DNA of 64,000 nt from the human T2T-CHM13v2.0 reference genome, Homo sapiens (GCF_009914755.1 NC_060926.1), one strand, 5' to 3'; positions 40,912-54,625 are shown, counted from the first letter of the stretch. The notes: generated from the letters alone by a model not told the origin. Numbers and translations: made by a program.

Positions 40912-43900
40912 GCCGCTACACACCACGAGCCCACCGAGACTGCTGCAGCCTCGCTCATCCAGAACAGAGGCACCATGGCCAGGAGGCCCTTCCTTTGTTG
41001 GGTAGGAGCTGCCCCCGTCCATGTTCCAGCTCCTCCCAGGCCCCCATGGATAAAATAGGGCCACAGGTGACAAGTGAGTTCTGTGACCCTGACCGGCAGC
41101 AGCTGCCAGCGAAGGAGGAAGGAAACACAGACAGGAGGTCTCAGAGCACAGCACGCCAGACCTCTAGTCCACACAGTCCTGCACACATTGCCGTCTTTGT
41201 TTAAAGAGAGGCGGAGGCAGACCCCAGGCATTCAAATGATAGAATGCTTCTGCTGTGCCTGCATCCTTCCCTCCTCCACTAGGAGCCTCTGGTTCCAGCC
41301 CAGATGAACCCACTGGGCTGGGAACGCCACACAAAAGCACTCTCCAAGCCAGCCAGAGGTCCCTGAGGGCCAAGACAGGGCTGACCAGAGGCAGTGTCTG
41401 GACATCCTACTGGGAGCTCGGGAGGAGGCAGTGACAGCTCAGGCCAGTAATGGGTATTCTTGAGAGCAATCCCAGGTCATCAAGGGAAGAGAAGGTTATG
41501 CTTCGTATACTGTGTTCAGGGGCCAGATAAGTTTTAATACGTTCCAGAAGTGTGCTCAAGCAAAAAAAATTATTAGAATTTTTAAAAATTAATATTTGTG
41601 CTTAAAGAGACAAATGTCAGAGATCTAGAACGTTAATTTATTTGGAAAAAGTTCAAGCAGAGGGTGAGAGCTCTGATCGCCCACCAGCCTTAGCATTCCG
41701 GAGTTTTCAGGGTCGGAGTGGGGGCCACTTCTAGGCACTAAGAAGAGCTACAGGCAGGGATGTCTACAGGGTGCCCCACTGCCCATGGGGTCAGAGGCCT
41801 GGAGCTTTAGGCAAGGCCTCACCTCTGGGCAGCAAAGGCGGCTGTCTGGAGCCCCGGGGCCTCCCTAGGGTTTCCATGGTTAAGTCCCAGTGTTTCCAGT
41901 TAGGGAGGCTGGAGGGAGGGGGCACAGGGGGCAGGGAAAGAGGCCCAGCCTTCCCTGAAAGGGAGTCATGGCTCCTGTTTGCAGCTGGAACTGGAAGGGG
42001 GTAGGCACTAACTGGGCCAGAAAAAGAAGCTGGAGCAAGGTTCTAGTGCCGGGGCTGGGCTTGGATTGGACTCAGTAATTCTGGGCCTCTGGGGCTGGCT
42101 GTCCTCGAGCCAGCATGTGCCGGGCACAAGCCAGGAGCCGTGGCAGCTCCCCTCAGTCTGCTCAGGGGCCTTGTGTGCCCAGCCTGTGGGCCGCCATTCT
42201 GGCCGTTGAATGTGCCCAGGCCTCTCCTCCTCAAACCACCAAGCTCAGCTGATGGCCCTGGTGACCCAGCTCCTCCCAGGCAGCCAACCGAAGCCTCCAC
42301 GGGGCAGGCACTGAGCAGCTTTGATCTGCCCACCTGCTGCCATGAGGGGGACAGTCATTTCAGAGCATCCTTTTGCCTCTCACCTTCCCGCTGGGAACAA
42401 AACCCTTAAATCCTCTCCTCCCCTCTACCAGAATGCTCTGTCTTCTCTCATGTTTGGCTTTTTATACACTATATTTGACAGTGTCTCTCCCTTCGAGGTT
42501 AAGTGTCGTTCACCATGGTCCCTCACTTTCTGCTGCTAGGGGCCTTTGCAGGTGGAGAAACTGAGGCCCAGGCACTGAGAGGAGATCTGAGAGCCCTGTG
42601 ATGCAGGGTGTCAGAGGAGACAGGCCTTGTCCTGGCAAGCTGTCCCCTGGACCCTAGCAGCTGCCTCCCCGACCTCCGTGGAGGTGTTCTCTCGAGGCAT
42701 GTGCTCAGAGGCTCTCCCCGGCTGGGGCCCTGATGGACACTTTGCTCAGAGGCCTCTCCAGCTCTCTGCACCGCTCCTTCCCTTCCTGCAGGGGCAGCAT
42801 GGCTGCAGGTGTGCCGCTTCTCCCCTCTGTTCCTGCCCATCTTTTTGTCCACATGTGGCTTCATCCCTCTGCCTCTTAAGGTGGACTCTGGTTAGGTTGT
42901 CTGGGTGGCCACAGGCATGGCTGCCCCATCCCTGCATCCCAACAGCCTCTCAAAGCCCCCACCCAGGTCCCTTGCCAGGGCTTCCTTGTCCAGGAGGGAA
43001 GTCCTCCCAAGTACCCCTGGAGAGCCACCTACAGAAAGTTCCAGAGAACAGATGGAAGCTCCTACTAGACTGACTTTGGTGACTGGAAGGAACATGCTCA
43101 AAAGGCACCCCCATACCAGTGTCACGTGGAAGAGAGGCCAGAGAATGGTGGGGATTTGAACTTGCATGTGCTCTGGGTTTACATCAGAAGTGTCCTCCCA
43201 GCCCTTCCCCTACAGGGTGGGTTCAGAGGACACCTGACCCAGTTCAGGAGCAACCAAAGGGCGTTGGGGGTCTCTGAAGAGGATGTTCCGTCTATCACTG
43301 CCAATGCCAGGCAGCTCCCAGCCAGGCTAATTAGGTCAGCCTCCCCCGATCATGCAGCCCAGAGCCCGACCACGAGGACCATGCTGGGGCCTGGGGAACG
43401 GCTTCATTACCAGCCACTCTGCAGCAACAGGAGCACTCTGGGCTTGAGAACCCTTGGTATCCTTTCATCTTCTTTTAAGAAAATGCTGAGAAAACAGGCA
43501 AACTTCCCTGGGAATGATGGGCGGGCCCAGACATATTCCAGATGGGCATGATTTTGGTTCATGTTGCAACAGGCTGGACAGCTTGCCGTTGTTCACAGGT
43601 CATCCGCTAGACAACAGAGCAGCTTATCTTCGCGAAGTTGAAGGCACAGGAAGGCTTATGGCCTGACCCTTCACCTACAGATTTGATAGAGACACATTGC
43701 CACGATGCACCTCTGCCGTGGAACTAATACCTTCCCTAGTAACAGAGCCAGGCCCTATAGCTTGCCACTGGGGAGAGAATCTCTGCACAGGCGAGGACCT
43801 TTCAACCTGATCCTTATCCCCCAAGAGCCACTGCTCCTGTAGGGTCTTTTATTAATTGTTGTTACTCCACCGCCTTGCCAGGGACAAGGACCCTAGCTCC

Positions 43901-44396
43901 TCCCTTTTTGACCACTCTGGCCCAAGTGGGGTACTCAAGGCTGTTTCCTTCCTCTTTGTGGCTGCTGAAATCACACTAGGACATTTAAAGGGGCTGCAGC
44001 CACAGCCACGGGGAGCAGCAGGGAACTCATTACATCAGAGCATTACATCATGGGACCATGTGGCTCAGCAGCCATCGCCTCTCTTCCAGGAACCACCGGC
44101 TCTTCCTTTCCTGGTTCCAGCCATGTAGGGGACACCATCAAAGCTCCCAGGAGTGCAAACCTGAACAGCCTGACTCCTCAAAAGAACCATGAGCCTGCCT
44201 TCTGCATCCAGCTCTGCTGAATGCCAAAACCCCTGACACCTACAGGGTGGGGTAGAAGTCTCTCTTCCAGAGCTGCATAGCCTTCCCAGAGTGAGATTTG
44301 GGAAAGGGAGAAGAATGCTGAACTTATGCCAGAGAACCTTCCACACTCAGAGCCTTTAGAGTCTTTTTATAGAATGCAGAAAAGCTGTGACCAAAG

Positions 44397-44588
44397 CTAG
44401 ACTGCAGCCGACCCTGGGGTTCTAATCAAAGTTTGAAGGCAGCCGCATTTCCTCAGGCTCAACATCGCTGCCTGGGTGGACCTGCACGGGTGTGCCCAGC
44501 TGTTGGTGGCGCTCACTCCCGTGCATGCCATCATAGCCTTCCTGGTGCAGGGACCCACACACCTGTAAGCACCATCAACATCCAGATC
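44397..44588 (-). CDS. Putative coding exon 2 (aa 101-163 + stop) of the nested antisense ORF
   Basis: Minus-strand acceptor TATTTATTTTCCTGCCTCTTATGTTACAG|GAT. Phase-0 frame DLDVDGAY...GSAAV* continues exon 1. AATAAA on the minus strand at 43848-43853. Confidence 0.4.
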   Translation of the reverse strand, partial: DLDVDGAYRCVGPCTRKAMMACTGVSATNSWAHPCRSTQAAMLSLRKCGCLQTLIRTPGSAAV

Positions 44589-45104
44589 CTGTAACATAAG
44601 AGGCAGGAAAATAAATAGCAGGGACTTGCAGAATGGCTAAGGTAAGAAAGAAAATGAACAAAGGAGCAGGGCCCATTTCAGGGGCCTGTTTGTGTGTGCT
44701 AGCCCACCAGATAATAAGATTACCCATTTCTTATCTCCGCCTCAAATGGCCTCAGTGCCAGCCCCGTCCCGGAGCAGCGTCACAGTGCACGGGTGTCCTT
44801 CCGTCCTTCCCTCTCCTGCTGCCTGTCCTTAATGACAGTCACAAGAGCAACAACAACAGCTGGCTTCGGGGATGTCACAGCACCTGGGACTCACCTACCC
44901 TGACTTTGTAGTGCCTCTCGGCAGAGGCTACATTCTTGAAATCTAAATGTTTAACGTCTGCTCTTGAGTGTGACTTCACCCCTCCCTTGACTCAAGCCTA
45001 GATAGGGACCCAGGATGTGCATCTCTGGGAGCAGTTTGGAGGGACCTGGCCTCACTTCGGGCCTGACCTTTGGAAATTCACCCAAAGCAGCCTGTTTGTT
45101 CCTG

Positions 45105-45409
45105 GCTCTGCCTCTGTTGTTGCTCTGACCTTTGACAAGTCATTCCCTTGCCTATGTCTCGGTTGCCCCATCTGAGTGAGAGGTTGGGCTAAAAGGTCGC
45201 TAAGATCACTTCTAGCCTGATCTTCCATGGCTCTATAGTTCTCTTTGTTATCTTTGGCCACTTACATGTTTGCCATAATGATTGCCAATCAAACTGGGAA
45301 TGTTTAGCAGATTTTAGACACTCAGACTGGAAAATACAGACAAGGCCATAGAAGTTAGTGTTGTCCTAGGGACGGCTCCTGTTTCACGCATGCTCCTCAT
45401 ACGGTCCCT
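45105..45409 (+). repeat. Direct duplication copy 2
   Basis: Offset 4498 bp from copy 1, about 94% identical, no indels. Confidence 0.97.
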
Positions 45410-45519
45410 ATTCTCAGCCTCCCAGCAGGGGCCTGGGTCTGAGGCCCCTAAGACCCCACGCTTAGGACAGGAAGGAAGTGGCCAGTGGCAGGCACCCAAG
45501 AAACTGTGTGGCTCAACGC

Positions 45520-45993
45520 TGTTCCAGTCCTGTTGTGTAACAAACCACCCCAAACCTGGAGGTGTAAGCAACCGTCTTACTACTCTCACAGATTCTGTAG
45601 GTCAGGACTTCAGACAGAACACAGTGGGGAGAGCTTGTCTTCAGTGTCTAGGACCTCAGCTGGGAACACTCACAGGTTGGGTGGTCCACCTGCAGGGGCT
45701 GGAGATCCTCCAAAGCATCTTCACTCAGATGGCTGGCAGTAATGCTGCCCGATGGGACCTCTACCGGGCTTTCTGCTCATACAGAAGCTCAGGGCCATGA
45801 GGAGGGGTCCCAGCTAACAGGTAGGAGCTGTGCTGCCTTTGAGGACTTAGCCTCAGAAGCACACCTGTGCTCCATTCTATTAGTTACAAGTGAATCACAA
45901 GTCCACGTAGATTCAAGAGGAGAGAATTAGGCTCCACCTCTTGATGGGGGAGTGTCGAGGTTCTAGAAGAACTTGAGATTGCAGTTTGCCACA
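45520..45993 (-). mobile_element. MaLR solo LTR (MLT1F-like)
   Basis: TGTGTAACAAACCACCCCAAAC...CTCACAGATTCTGTAGGTCAGGA...CTCCACCTCTTGATGG...GCCACA. Confidence 0.8.
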
Positions 45994-46219
45994 ATATCTC
46001 AGCCGCGGGATCCCCGCATCTTGCAGACAAAACCCAAAGTCTTGATAAAATGCCTGTGTGTCTGTTCTGTGCAGATTCCTGAGGTGGGACCCCACACTGG
46101 GTTCCCACAACCTGTGGACTCAATACAGGCAATTCAGCAAACCAGCTCCCAACATCTATCCCTGATTGCAGGGACATTTAACATAAAGCACAGCCTAGCA
46201 CAGCAAAAGGCAGCTTCCC

Positions 46220-46440
46220 TGTCATGGAGAAAGCAGAGAATCTAGAGCTAGACCGGGTGGTTTCAATCCTGGCTCTGTCACTTACTGTGTGACCTTGGGT
46301 AGGTGACTTAAACTCTCTGTGCCTCCGTTCCCTCATCTGTAAAAGATTTGGATGATAAAAATAGTACCTATGTACCTCCGTCATGAGAATCAAATGGGTT
46401 ACTGCTTGGAAGTGCCAAGGATGGTATAGAAATAAAATAA
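46220..46440 (+). mobile_element. MIR
   Basis: TCCTGGCTCTGTCACTTACTGTGTGACCTTGGG...CTCTGTGCCTC...CTCATCTGTAAA. Confidence 0.85.
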
Positions 46441-48336
46441 AACGTCCATCAGCTCCTTCAGGCCCGGAATGTGTGATGGTGGGTGCTCCAGATATTCTAC
46501 ACAAGAGAAGGGCTCAGGGCAGGAGCAGATGCTTCAGGCGCCCGGGAAGACTGCGGCTGGTGGAGACCTGGGGATACCGGGTTATTTCTGCCTCCACACT
46601 GCAAGGACTCTCATCTCTTATGAGAAAGGCAAATGACACCCAGCTGAGGCTGGGAAGTGCTGTAATGTGGGTGGGGTGATGGGGCTGGCTGCCATGTCCA
46701 GGATCTTCATTGGACTGCTGTGTGGAGAGTCTACCCTTCCCTTGCCTTACTCTGTGTGTGTGTTTAAGTTCATAACTTATTCTTGCCTGTGGATCTGGGA
46801 GAGTGAGGGACAGGGGCGGATGGTATATTTAATTAAATATCGCCACTCCCTCCTCTTTAAGGTCATTACAGTCAATAAGGGGGAGAAGAAATATCTCTTT
46901 AGGAGGCCTTTCAAATGAAAAAAAAATGAATTACTGAATGCAAAAACAGTCTTATATCTGTGGCATCCTTCCTTCAGTTGTGATTTAATATGTGCACGGT
47001 GCAATACAGAAATACAAAGCAGCTTGGGAAAAAGTCTCAGCCCTAAGAATCTTATAGTATTAAAACTCGAGTAATCCTACACAAGAGAAAAATACAGCAA
47101 AGCCTGAGCTTGGCCCCTGCAAACCAGTGCACTCCACCCGCTGTGACCCGGGGGGTGGTGGGAGGCCTCTGGAGAGCGGCTGCGTGCTGCTTTTGACAGC
47201 TGAATTTTATTAACTGTTTTTTCATTCCTCCTGACGGACCTGGCAATGAACTCTTATCAGTGTATTGTGGCGAGTACAAGTCAATTAATTTCTTTTAAAT
47301 AACTTCAACTGAAATTCTATTTGATTTATATTCCAAAAAAGATTTCCATTCCATCATTCCTTCCTGAGATTATGGTCCCGGCAGAGTTAATCACACTGGC
47401 TACACAGTCACCCATACCCCAGGGAGAAAACAGGATCAAGGAGAGGAGGAAATGAGACGGAGGTGGAGCTGAGAGCATCCTAAAGACCCTTTATTCAGTG
47501 TGAGGCCATGTGCTCAGTGACAGGGGAGTTTGCTGAAATCTTGCCCTCAGAAGAGCTTATTTCTAGTGGTTATGGCAGGGGATGGATTGGGGAGTGACAG
47601 GAAATGTCTGGAAGATGGGGGAGACTTAACCAAGAAGCATGACTGGGGGCACCAGGGCCGCTGAGGTTTGCTGCTGAGCCACCTCCTCATTTAGTATCCA
47701 GTTTCTAGGGCTGGCATCCCAGGACACCCTCCCTTAGCTCAGCCCCAGTTGTGAGCACCCGACCCTTCTATGGCCTGCTGTGTGGGGCCACCCCAGCCAT
47801 GGTGGTGGTGATGGTGAGCTGTCCCTGTGAGCAAGCCTCAACAGGCTTTGCTATGGGTCTGTCCATCCCTTAAACACAGGCTGGGACAAGCAGAGCTGCC
47901 CCCTTCCTGAGGGTCTGCCCACAGGGCCCCCCGATTGTCACCAGCCAAGTCTTACAAACAATAAGGCCTGGCTTATCTGGGAGGGAGGGAGCAGGAGCTG
48001 GGTGGCACCTGGCCCAGAGAGCAGAGCTTAGTGAGTGGCTGGTGACAATGACAAGAGGTTAGAGCTCCAGAGGGAGGGCGGCTCCTGCCCTAAGGGAGAC
48101 AAGTGGTGGCTGGATCCCAAGGCTGGGCAGGTGTAGGGCTGAGAGAGATGCCTTCTCAAGCCATCTCCTGCCCTAGTGACAGGCGGCCGAGTCAGGACTG
48201 GCAGGCTTCTGGGGGACAGCACGTCACTGCCCTGGGGTGGGAATACTCTGGTGAAGAATTCCAGGCAGTCAAACAGTTTGGCCAATATGAGTTTGGACAA
48301 AAAAATATATATTTGCAAAATATCTGCTGTGGATGC

Positions 48337-48480
48337 TGTATTAGTTTGCTAGGGCCACCATAGCAAGGTAGCACAGACAGGGTGTGGCTTACAGAACAGA
48401 AATGTATTTTCTCACAATCCTGGAGCTTAGAAGTCCAAGATGAAGCTGTTGGCAGGGTTGCTTCCTTCTGAGGGCCCTCA
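48337..48480 (-). mobile_element. MaLR LTR fragment (MLT1B/C-like)
   Basis: TGTATTAGTTTGCTAGGGC...AACAGAAATGTATTTTCTCACA...AGAAGTCCAAGAT...GGCAGGGTTG. Confidence 0.8.
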
Positions 48481-48487
48481 GACCTCT

Positions 48488-48615
48488 GGCATCAGAAGTT
48501 TCTAGGGCATTTGATAAAAATGTGAACTTCTGAGACACTGAGTCAAAATCTTTAGGAGTGTGGCCCAGGATTTGACATTTAAATAAACTAAATAAGCTCA
48601 CCAGGTGACTCCCAG
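48488..48615. mobile_element. MER5-type fossil
   Basis: ACTGAGTCAAAATCT...GGCCCAGGA...CATTT...AAGCTCACCAGGTGACTC. Confidence 0.6.
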
Positions 48616-49362
48616 TGGTGCCCCCTGAAGTGCCATCGCATGGGTAAATAAAGGGTACAGCACAGCCTCACCTTCAAGGAGCTCCCTAGTCAAGGAATCA
48701 AGACCTGCACAAGACAATCAGAGAAAGTGTCATGCAGTATAATAATCCAATCACTGCCCAGTTGGAGGGCGCAGACCAAAAAGTGCCTCAGGAGCTTGGA
48801 GAAGGAAGATGGGTCCCCATGGAGCGGGGAGTGTTAGGGAAGCAGTCCCTGGAAGGTGGTGTTTCTCACGTCTTCCTCTGCACAGAGATGATTCGAGGCT
48901 GAGGGTTAGCTGTGTGTGAGGACAGGGAGGCTGGGAGATATGAGGATCTGGATAAAAACTTATCTCAGCGTTGAGAGTATCTTTGAGCAGTGTATCCCTT
49001 TTGTCTTTATCAAAACACAAATTTTGTTTTTTCTGAAATTCCTGTTTGCTGTCTGGGGATGTGATATCGGTGCCTGACACATCGTCACTTAACAAAGGTT
49101 TGTTTGCTGGCTTAAGAGTTTCAGATGTTCTGTGTCGGTTCGTGGCTGCAGTGACTTTATCTCTCAGGAGGGAGGTGTGTGGCTGGTGGGGGTGGTGGGG
49201 GAACCCAGCTGGTGAACAACACGTGCTGGTGGCGAGTTCTGACTCCAGCAGGTGAGAGTTGATGTTGTTTTAAGCAGTATTCACCCCACCTGTCTTCCGA
49301 TACACATATTGATCCCGGCCAACAAAGAGTTGACAGGAGACCACACAGAGATAAATATGTCA

Positions 49363-49925
<563 letters not shown>

Positions 49926-52139
49926 TCAATATGGCTTTTTCCACCCAAATGAGTGATGTTCTGCGAATTTACTTCAAACAAGATATCACGGCTGTTCTCT
50001 AAGGACTGGGTAGTCACTAACAAATCCATTTTCCTTATCGTGATCTATATAGCTCAGTGATTTTTCTGCTCTCTGCTCCAAGCTAAGAACAGAGAGCTTC
50101 GCCTCCCAGACTGAAATGAAGCATCCGCTGGTACAGGACTGTGTATGCGCCTCTGTCTGGAGGGGGCTGTCTGTTGGTTAAAGGGTGTCTTTTCCAGGCC
50201 CTGGAGATTGCAGGCACTAACAGTCCACTCAGGTGACAACGTGTCGTACTTCTCTGTGCATGCTGTGGGGACTCAGCCTCACACCAGGATGTGTCCCTTC
50301 AAACCCAGTCCCTGGGGGCACACAGGCCGTGGGCTGTGGGATGTGGCTCAGGAGGCTTGGGGAGTCCACTGTCAGCCATCCTTGGCATGCTTCACGCGTG
50401 GTGACCCCCAAGAGGGGAGAAGGCCACACCTCCTTAGAGCGTGGTGCTTCTCAAAGGGTCTCACTGTAGTTACCGTCTTGGAGTGGGTTCATCCTTTTGC
50501 CTGCACTTTCAAGTCATGGGGAAATGTTAAATTTGGGGAGGGTGGAAAAAGGGTCAGAGAGACAGAACTTGCTGACTCCTATTTTGGGACTAGTTCTGCA
50601 ATCCAATTTCTTTTTTCTTAAACAATCTTATAGAAATCTGCCAGAGACAATGAATAAAGGCAGAACTCCCTGGTCGAAGCAGAGATGCCTCTTTCTGGAG
50701 TCCCTGAATTACCCATATGGGATCTGAGGCTTCCTCTGAGCCAGTTTGAAAATGCCTGCCCTCGGAAATCCTCCTTGCCTTCTGAGCCACGCCCTCTGTC
50801 AGGGTGGCCAGGGTCCAGGAGAGAAGGGACCGCCGCTTCTGCTAGAACCAGGCAGGTTTCGTTTTGGATGATCATTACCAAACTCTTGGCTCAAATGCAT
50901 TGTTTAAACTTGACTTTTCTACATTCTCCCAGGACCTGAGTACTAACTAAGGCCTGAGCAGGTAAGCTGAACCGCTTGACGTGATAATCCAAACTGACAG
51001 GATTGTCAGCTGGTTACGAGTCTCCTCCTCCTTCCCACGTCACTCAGAGGACAGGAGGGCAGAGGGAGAGATCGGAAGTGCTGGGCATTAGGATCGAGGA
51101 TGCGCTGGGTGCAGGACCCACCGAGGAGGTGTGGACTCTGGCAAGAGGGCCTAAAAACCCCAAAAGGCTCCATCTATAGACTTTCCACGTCAGCCTACAG
51201 CCACCCCAAATTTTCTATGATTATTATTTTAACAACACATAGGCCTTATTTTTAAAATCTGCTGCACTTGAGCAATTTCATCTGACGTCAGCTGGCTGCC
51301 GGCAACTCTGCTTGAAAACAAGAATAACCAAATCTTCTAAGGAGTAATGCTGAACCTGCTTCAAACGCAATAAATCACAAAAACCATTGTTTACAATAAG
51401 TGGTATCTGATTGCTGTTAGAACCTGTGTTTATTGCTTTTGTGCATTATGGTCTCTTGTAATTTGGACAGCCAGAAATTGTATTCCTTTATGCAGTGCGT
51501 AGGCAGGGTTTGTAAGGGGGGAGGCATCTGTAATTATGCTGCCAGGGAGTGAGGTTGAGGAGCCTCCAAGGAGCAAGAAAATGCAGTTGCCTGTTTTTCA
51601 TCTGAGGAGCTGGGCATCAGGCTTCCCACTTTCCAGTTCTTGGAACCCTCAGGGCTCCATTGGAGAGAGACCTGGGCAGGGGAGGATAAGGAGTGGACCT
51701 TAGAGCTATAGTGCCCCAGATCAGAGAGCCCTTAAGTGGCCTCAGGGTGCAGAGTGCCAGGTGGGTGGGCAGACGCCGGCCCCACAGGAGGCTGGGCTTA
51801 TGGTTTTCCTGGAAATTGCCTTGGTCTCTCCTGCACGTTTCTTCCTCATTCTCCACCATCCTGACGAGTGCCCTGACTGGACTTTGTAGGTGAAGGCTAG
51901 CAGCAGGGATCTAGGAACAGCTGATGACAGAATTCTTTGGCACCTCTGTCTGCAAATTTGAGAAGCAGCCACTTGACCATGTGGCCTGGATCTTGCCATT
52001 GTCAGTCAGTAAATGGATGATGTTGCTTGATTTCTTTGAGGCACCGTTAGGAAGAAGGTCAGTGTGTCTGGGTGTGGTGATCTGTCATTCTCCTAATTCA
52101 AAACCTCTGGACTCGAAGAAGAGGGTCTAGTTTCTCTTT

Positions 52140-53040
52140 CATGAAAATAGACCACGCTCCATCTATCCTTGCTGCTTTGGCTTCAGTTGGTTCTTCCACC
52201 CGGAATGCTCTTTTCTGTCTATTTCACCTGTGTGAAACCCACCCATCCTTCCAGTTCCTGCACTTCCATTAATGACTTCCCTGAACTTGTCCCTCCTATG
52301 TCCTTAATCTCAGTAGAATTTCACCACCATTCCCCCAGCCTCTCAAGCCTAAAAACTAGGGTTCATCTGAGACATGTCTTTTTCCCTCCACCCAACACTA
52401 GCCCAGCACACAGAGACACTTGGGAACTGTTTGTTAATGAATTAATGAACTTGATAGTTAACCACCAACTCTAACCCAAATCACTTTCTGGATATTTCTC
52501 CAAATTGTCCCTCTTCGCATTTCTACCACCACAGCCCAAGGGAGGGTCCTTATTCAACAGGACCACCTCTGAACAGCCTGTAAAGCCCCCCATATCCCCC
52601 TGCACCCTAGGACCTGGTGTTCAGGGTCATGTCTTAGCCTCTGACCCCCACTCCCACAACCTCTACTCCCCAACTTGCTCATTTACTCCAAGTCCCTTCC
52701 GGTTCCTGAGCACAACATACATGCTATTTCATTACTAAGGATGTTTCTCTGCCCAGAATATCCCTACCCCTTCTTCACCTGGCTTCCCCTCTTCAGAGAC
52801 TTGGCTCAGGCACCACCTCCTCCAGGAAGTCTTTTCCAGCTGTGCCTGTGGGCCTTGGGGGGCCCCCGTCTCTACTTCCACAGCTCCTGTGTTTTTCTGT
52901 GTAGTAACTCTTGTCACAATTATAACAAACTGTAAAGGTCCACCCTTAAAGGCAGGAATACTGTGTTATCTGTCTGACCATCCCCCATGCCCAGCACAAT
53001 TCCTGGCCCACAGAAGGTCTCCTGTGAACGAGGATCTAAA
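52140..53040 (+). mobile_element. Two tandem L2 3' fragments
   Basis: First ends AGCCCAGCACACAG...GTTTGTTAATGAATTAATGAA (about 52450); second has CACCTCCTCCAGGAAGTCTT...GGCAGGAA...CCCAGCACAATTCCTGGC. Confidence 0.6.
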
Positions 53041-54625
53041 TGGAACTGGCACGAATGCTCAAATGGCACATGAAGTGCAGAGAGCACCAAATTGTATTAA
53101 TACACAATTGTTTGTTGACTTAGACCAAGTTCATAGGCGGCTCCCCAAAGAAACCACAAGGACTAGATCTGAGAAGTTGCAGCCCCCCACGGCATCTGAG
53201 CAGAGTGGCTGTTCCTCTGTGGTGGCTCCATGAGTGAGTTAGTGGGCACAGAAGGAGCCTGGTCTGCCGTGTTGATTGATAGCTGTCCCCACAAAGCATG
53301 GGACTAGTCACGCATGCTTTATTAAAAAGATAAATGAATCAATTTTGTGATTCTAAAGCTATAGTCTATTGGTCAATTTGTACAAGCTCTGGCATTAATT
53401 AGATGCTGAGCTGGACAGCAGGGTCCCCTCTCCCTCCTAGAGCTTAGAAGGGTTCTCTGAGGCTCCAGGACTTGAGTTTCAGTGAGAACTATGGATCCCT
53501 TCTGCCCTGCCCAGCCTGGCTGGCTGAGCAGTAAAGGAAGTGAGGAGAGAAGCTAAGGCAGGGCTCTACTTACAGAAGACCCTTGACTCTGGGGCCATGG
53601 GCACCTGCTGGGCCCGGGACTGGGAAGGGCTGACCAGGAGCAACTATTCGAAGGCAGCACCCTGCACACAGCCTAGCATCTGCACTGCTCAAGGCCAAGG
53701 GTCATGATTTCCAGATTCATTTATTTTAACAAACTTCCCCTTAATACACACACGCGCACACACACGTGGGAATGCTACACTAGCCAAGCTCGCCCCCAGC
53801 ACCGAGAAACAAACTGGACGCACTCCTTTCTCTTCCTCTTCCCCTGCACACAGCAGACCCTCCAGGGACAATGCACATAATTCAGGCTTTTGTGCCATGG
53901 CGCAGCAAGCTAGGTTATGATTATACCAGCCTCTGGGGTCTAGCCAGGTAGCCCCATGGCCGTTGATGGCTTTGTCTCTACAGGAAAATACATTTGGAGT
54001 TACAAACAGCTGACTTGTTGGCAGACTTCTTGGAATTCAAGCAGCTCATAGGCAAGGGGCTGGGAAGTGGACCCTCGAGCCGGTTGGCCAATCAGCAGGT
54101 CCTCCAGGGCCCTCATCCATGCCTGCCCTGGCACTGGGGAGGCCACAGAGGAATTAGTGAACAGATCTCAGCTTACAAAGCCTCACAGTTTGATCTGGGG
54201 TGAGGCAGGAGGCAGGAGGCAGGAGGCAGGGATTCCCTCCAGACCCTCAGAGCAGAACCAAGTCTTGCGTGTGGTGTCCCGCCAGCCCATGTCTCTGAAG
54301 ACAGGGGAGGCAGCGTGGGCTTTGTCAGGCTGGTGACGGACGTGCCTGGGAGCAAGAGCCTGGGTCCAGAACCTTCCTGTCACAGGGAAAGTGCAGAGCT
54401 CCCTGTTTGTCAGCTGCTTCGTGGTGCGGAGCCTGCAAAGTCCAGGGAGAGGTTTCGTGCAGAAAGCCCTGTCTCCCTGTGCCCGCTGTGGACGTGGAAG
54501 GCAGAGGCGCGTCCTCTCTCAGCCACTCTCCTCCAGCCCGGGGGTCTGCCGTCCGCTGAGCTCTTTTTTCTTTAAACTTAGGAACAGAAGCCATTTGACA
54601 GAAACTTTTAAAAACAACCTAACTA

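Noticed and set aside
40401-45589. Apparent paralogous peptides (MAKDNKENYRAME..., ...SVFSSLSV)
   Set aside because: By-products of the 305-bp DNA duplication. The MAKDNK frames start at GTG and similarity stops at the repeat edges.
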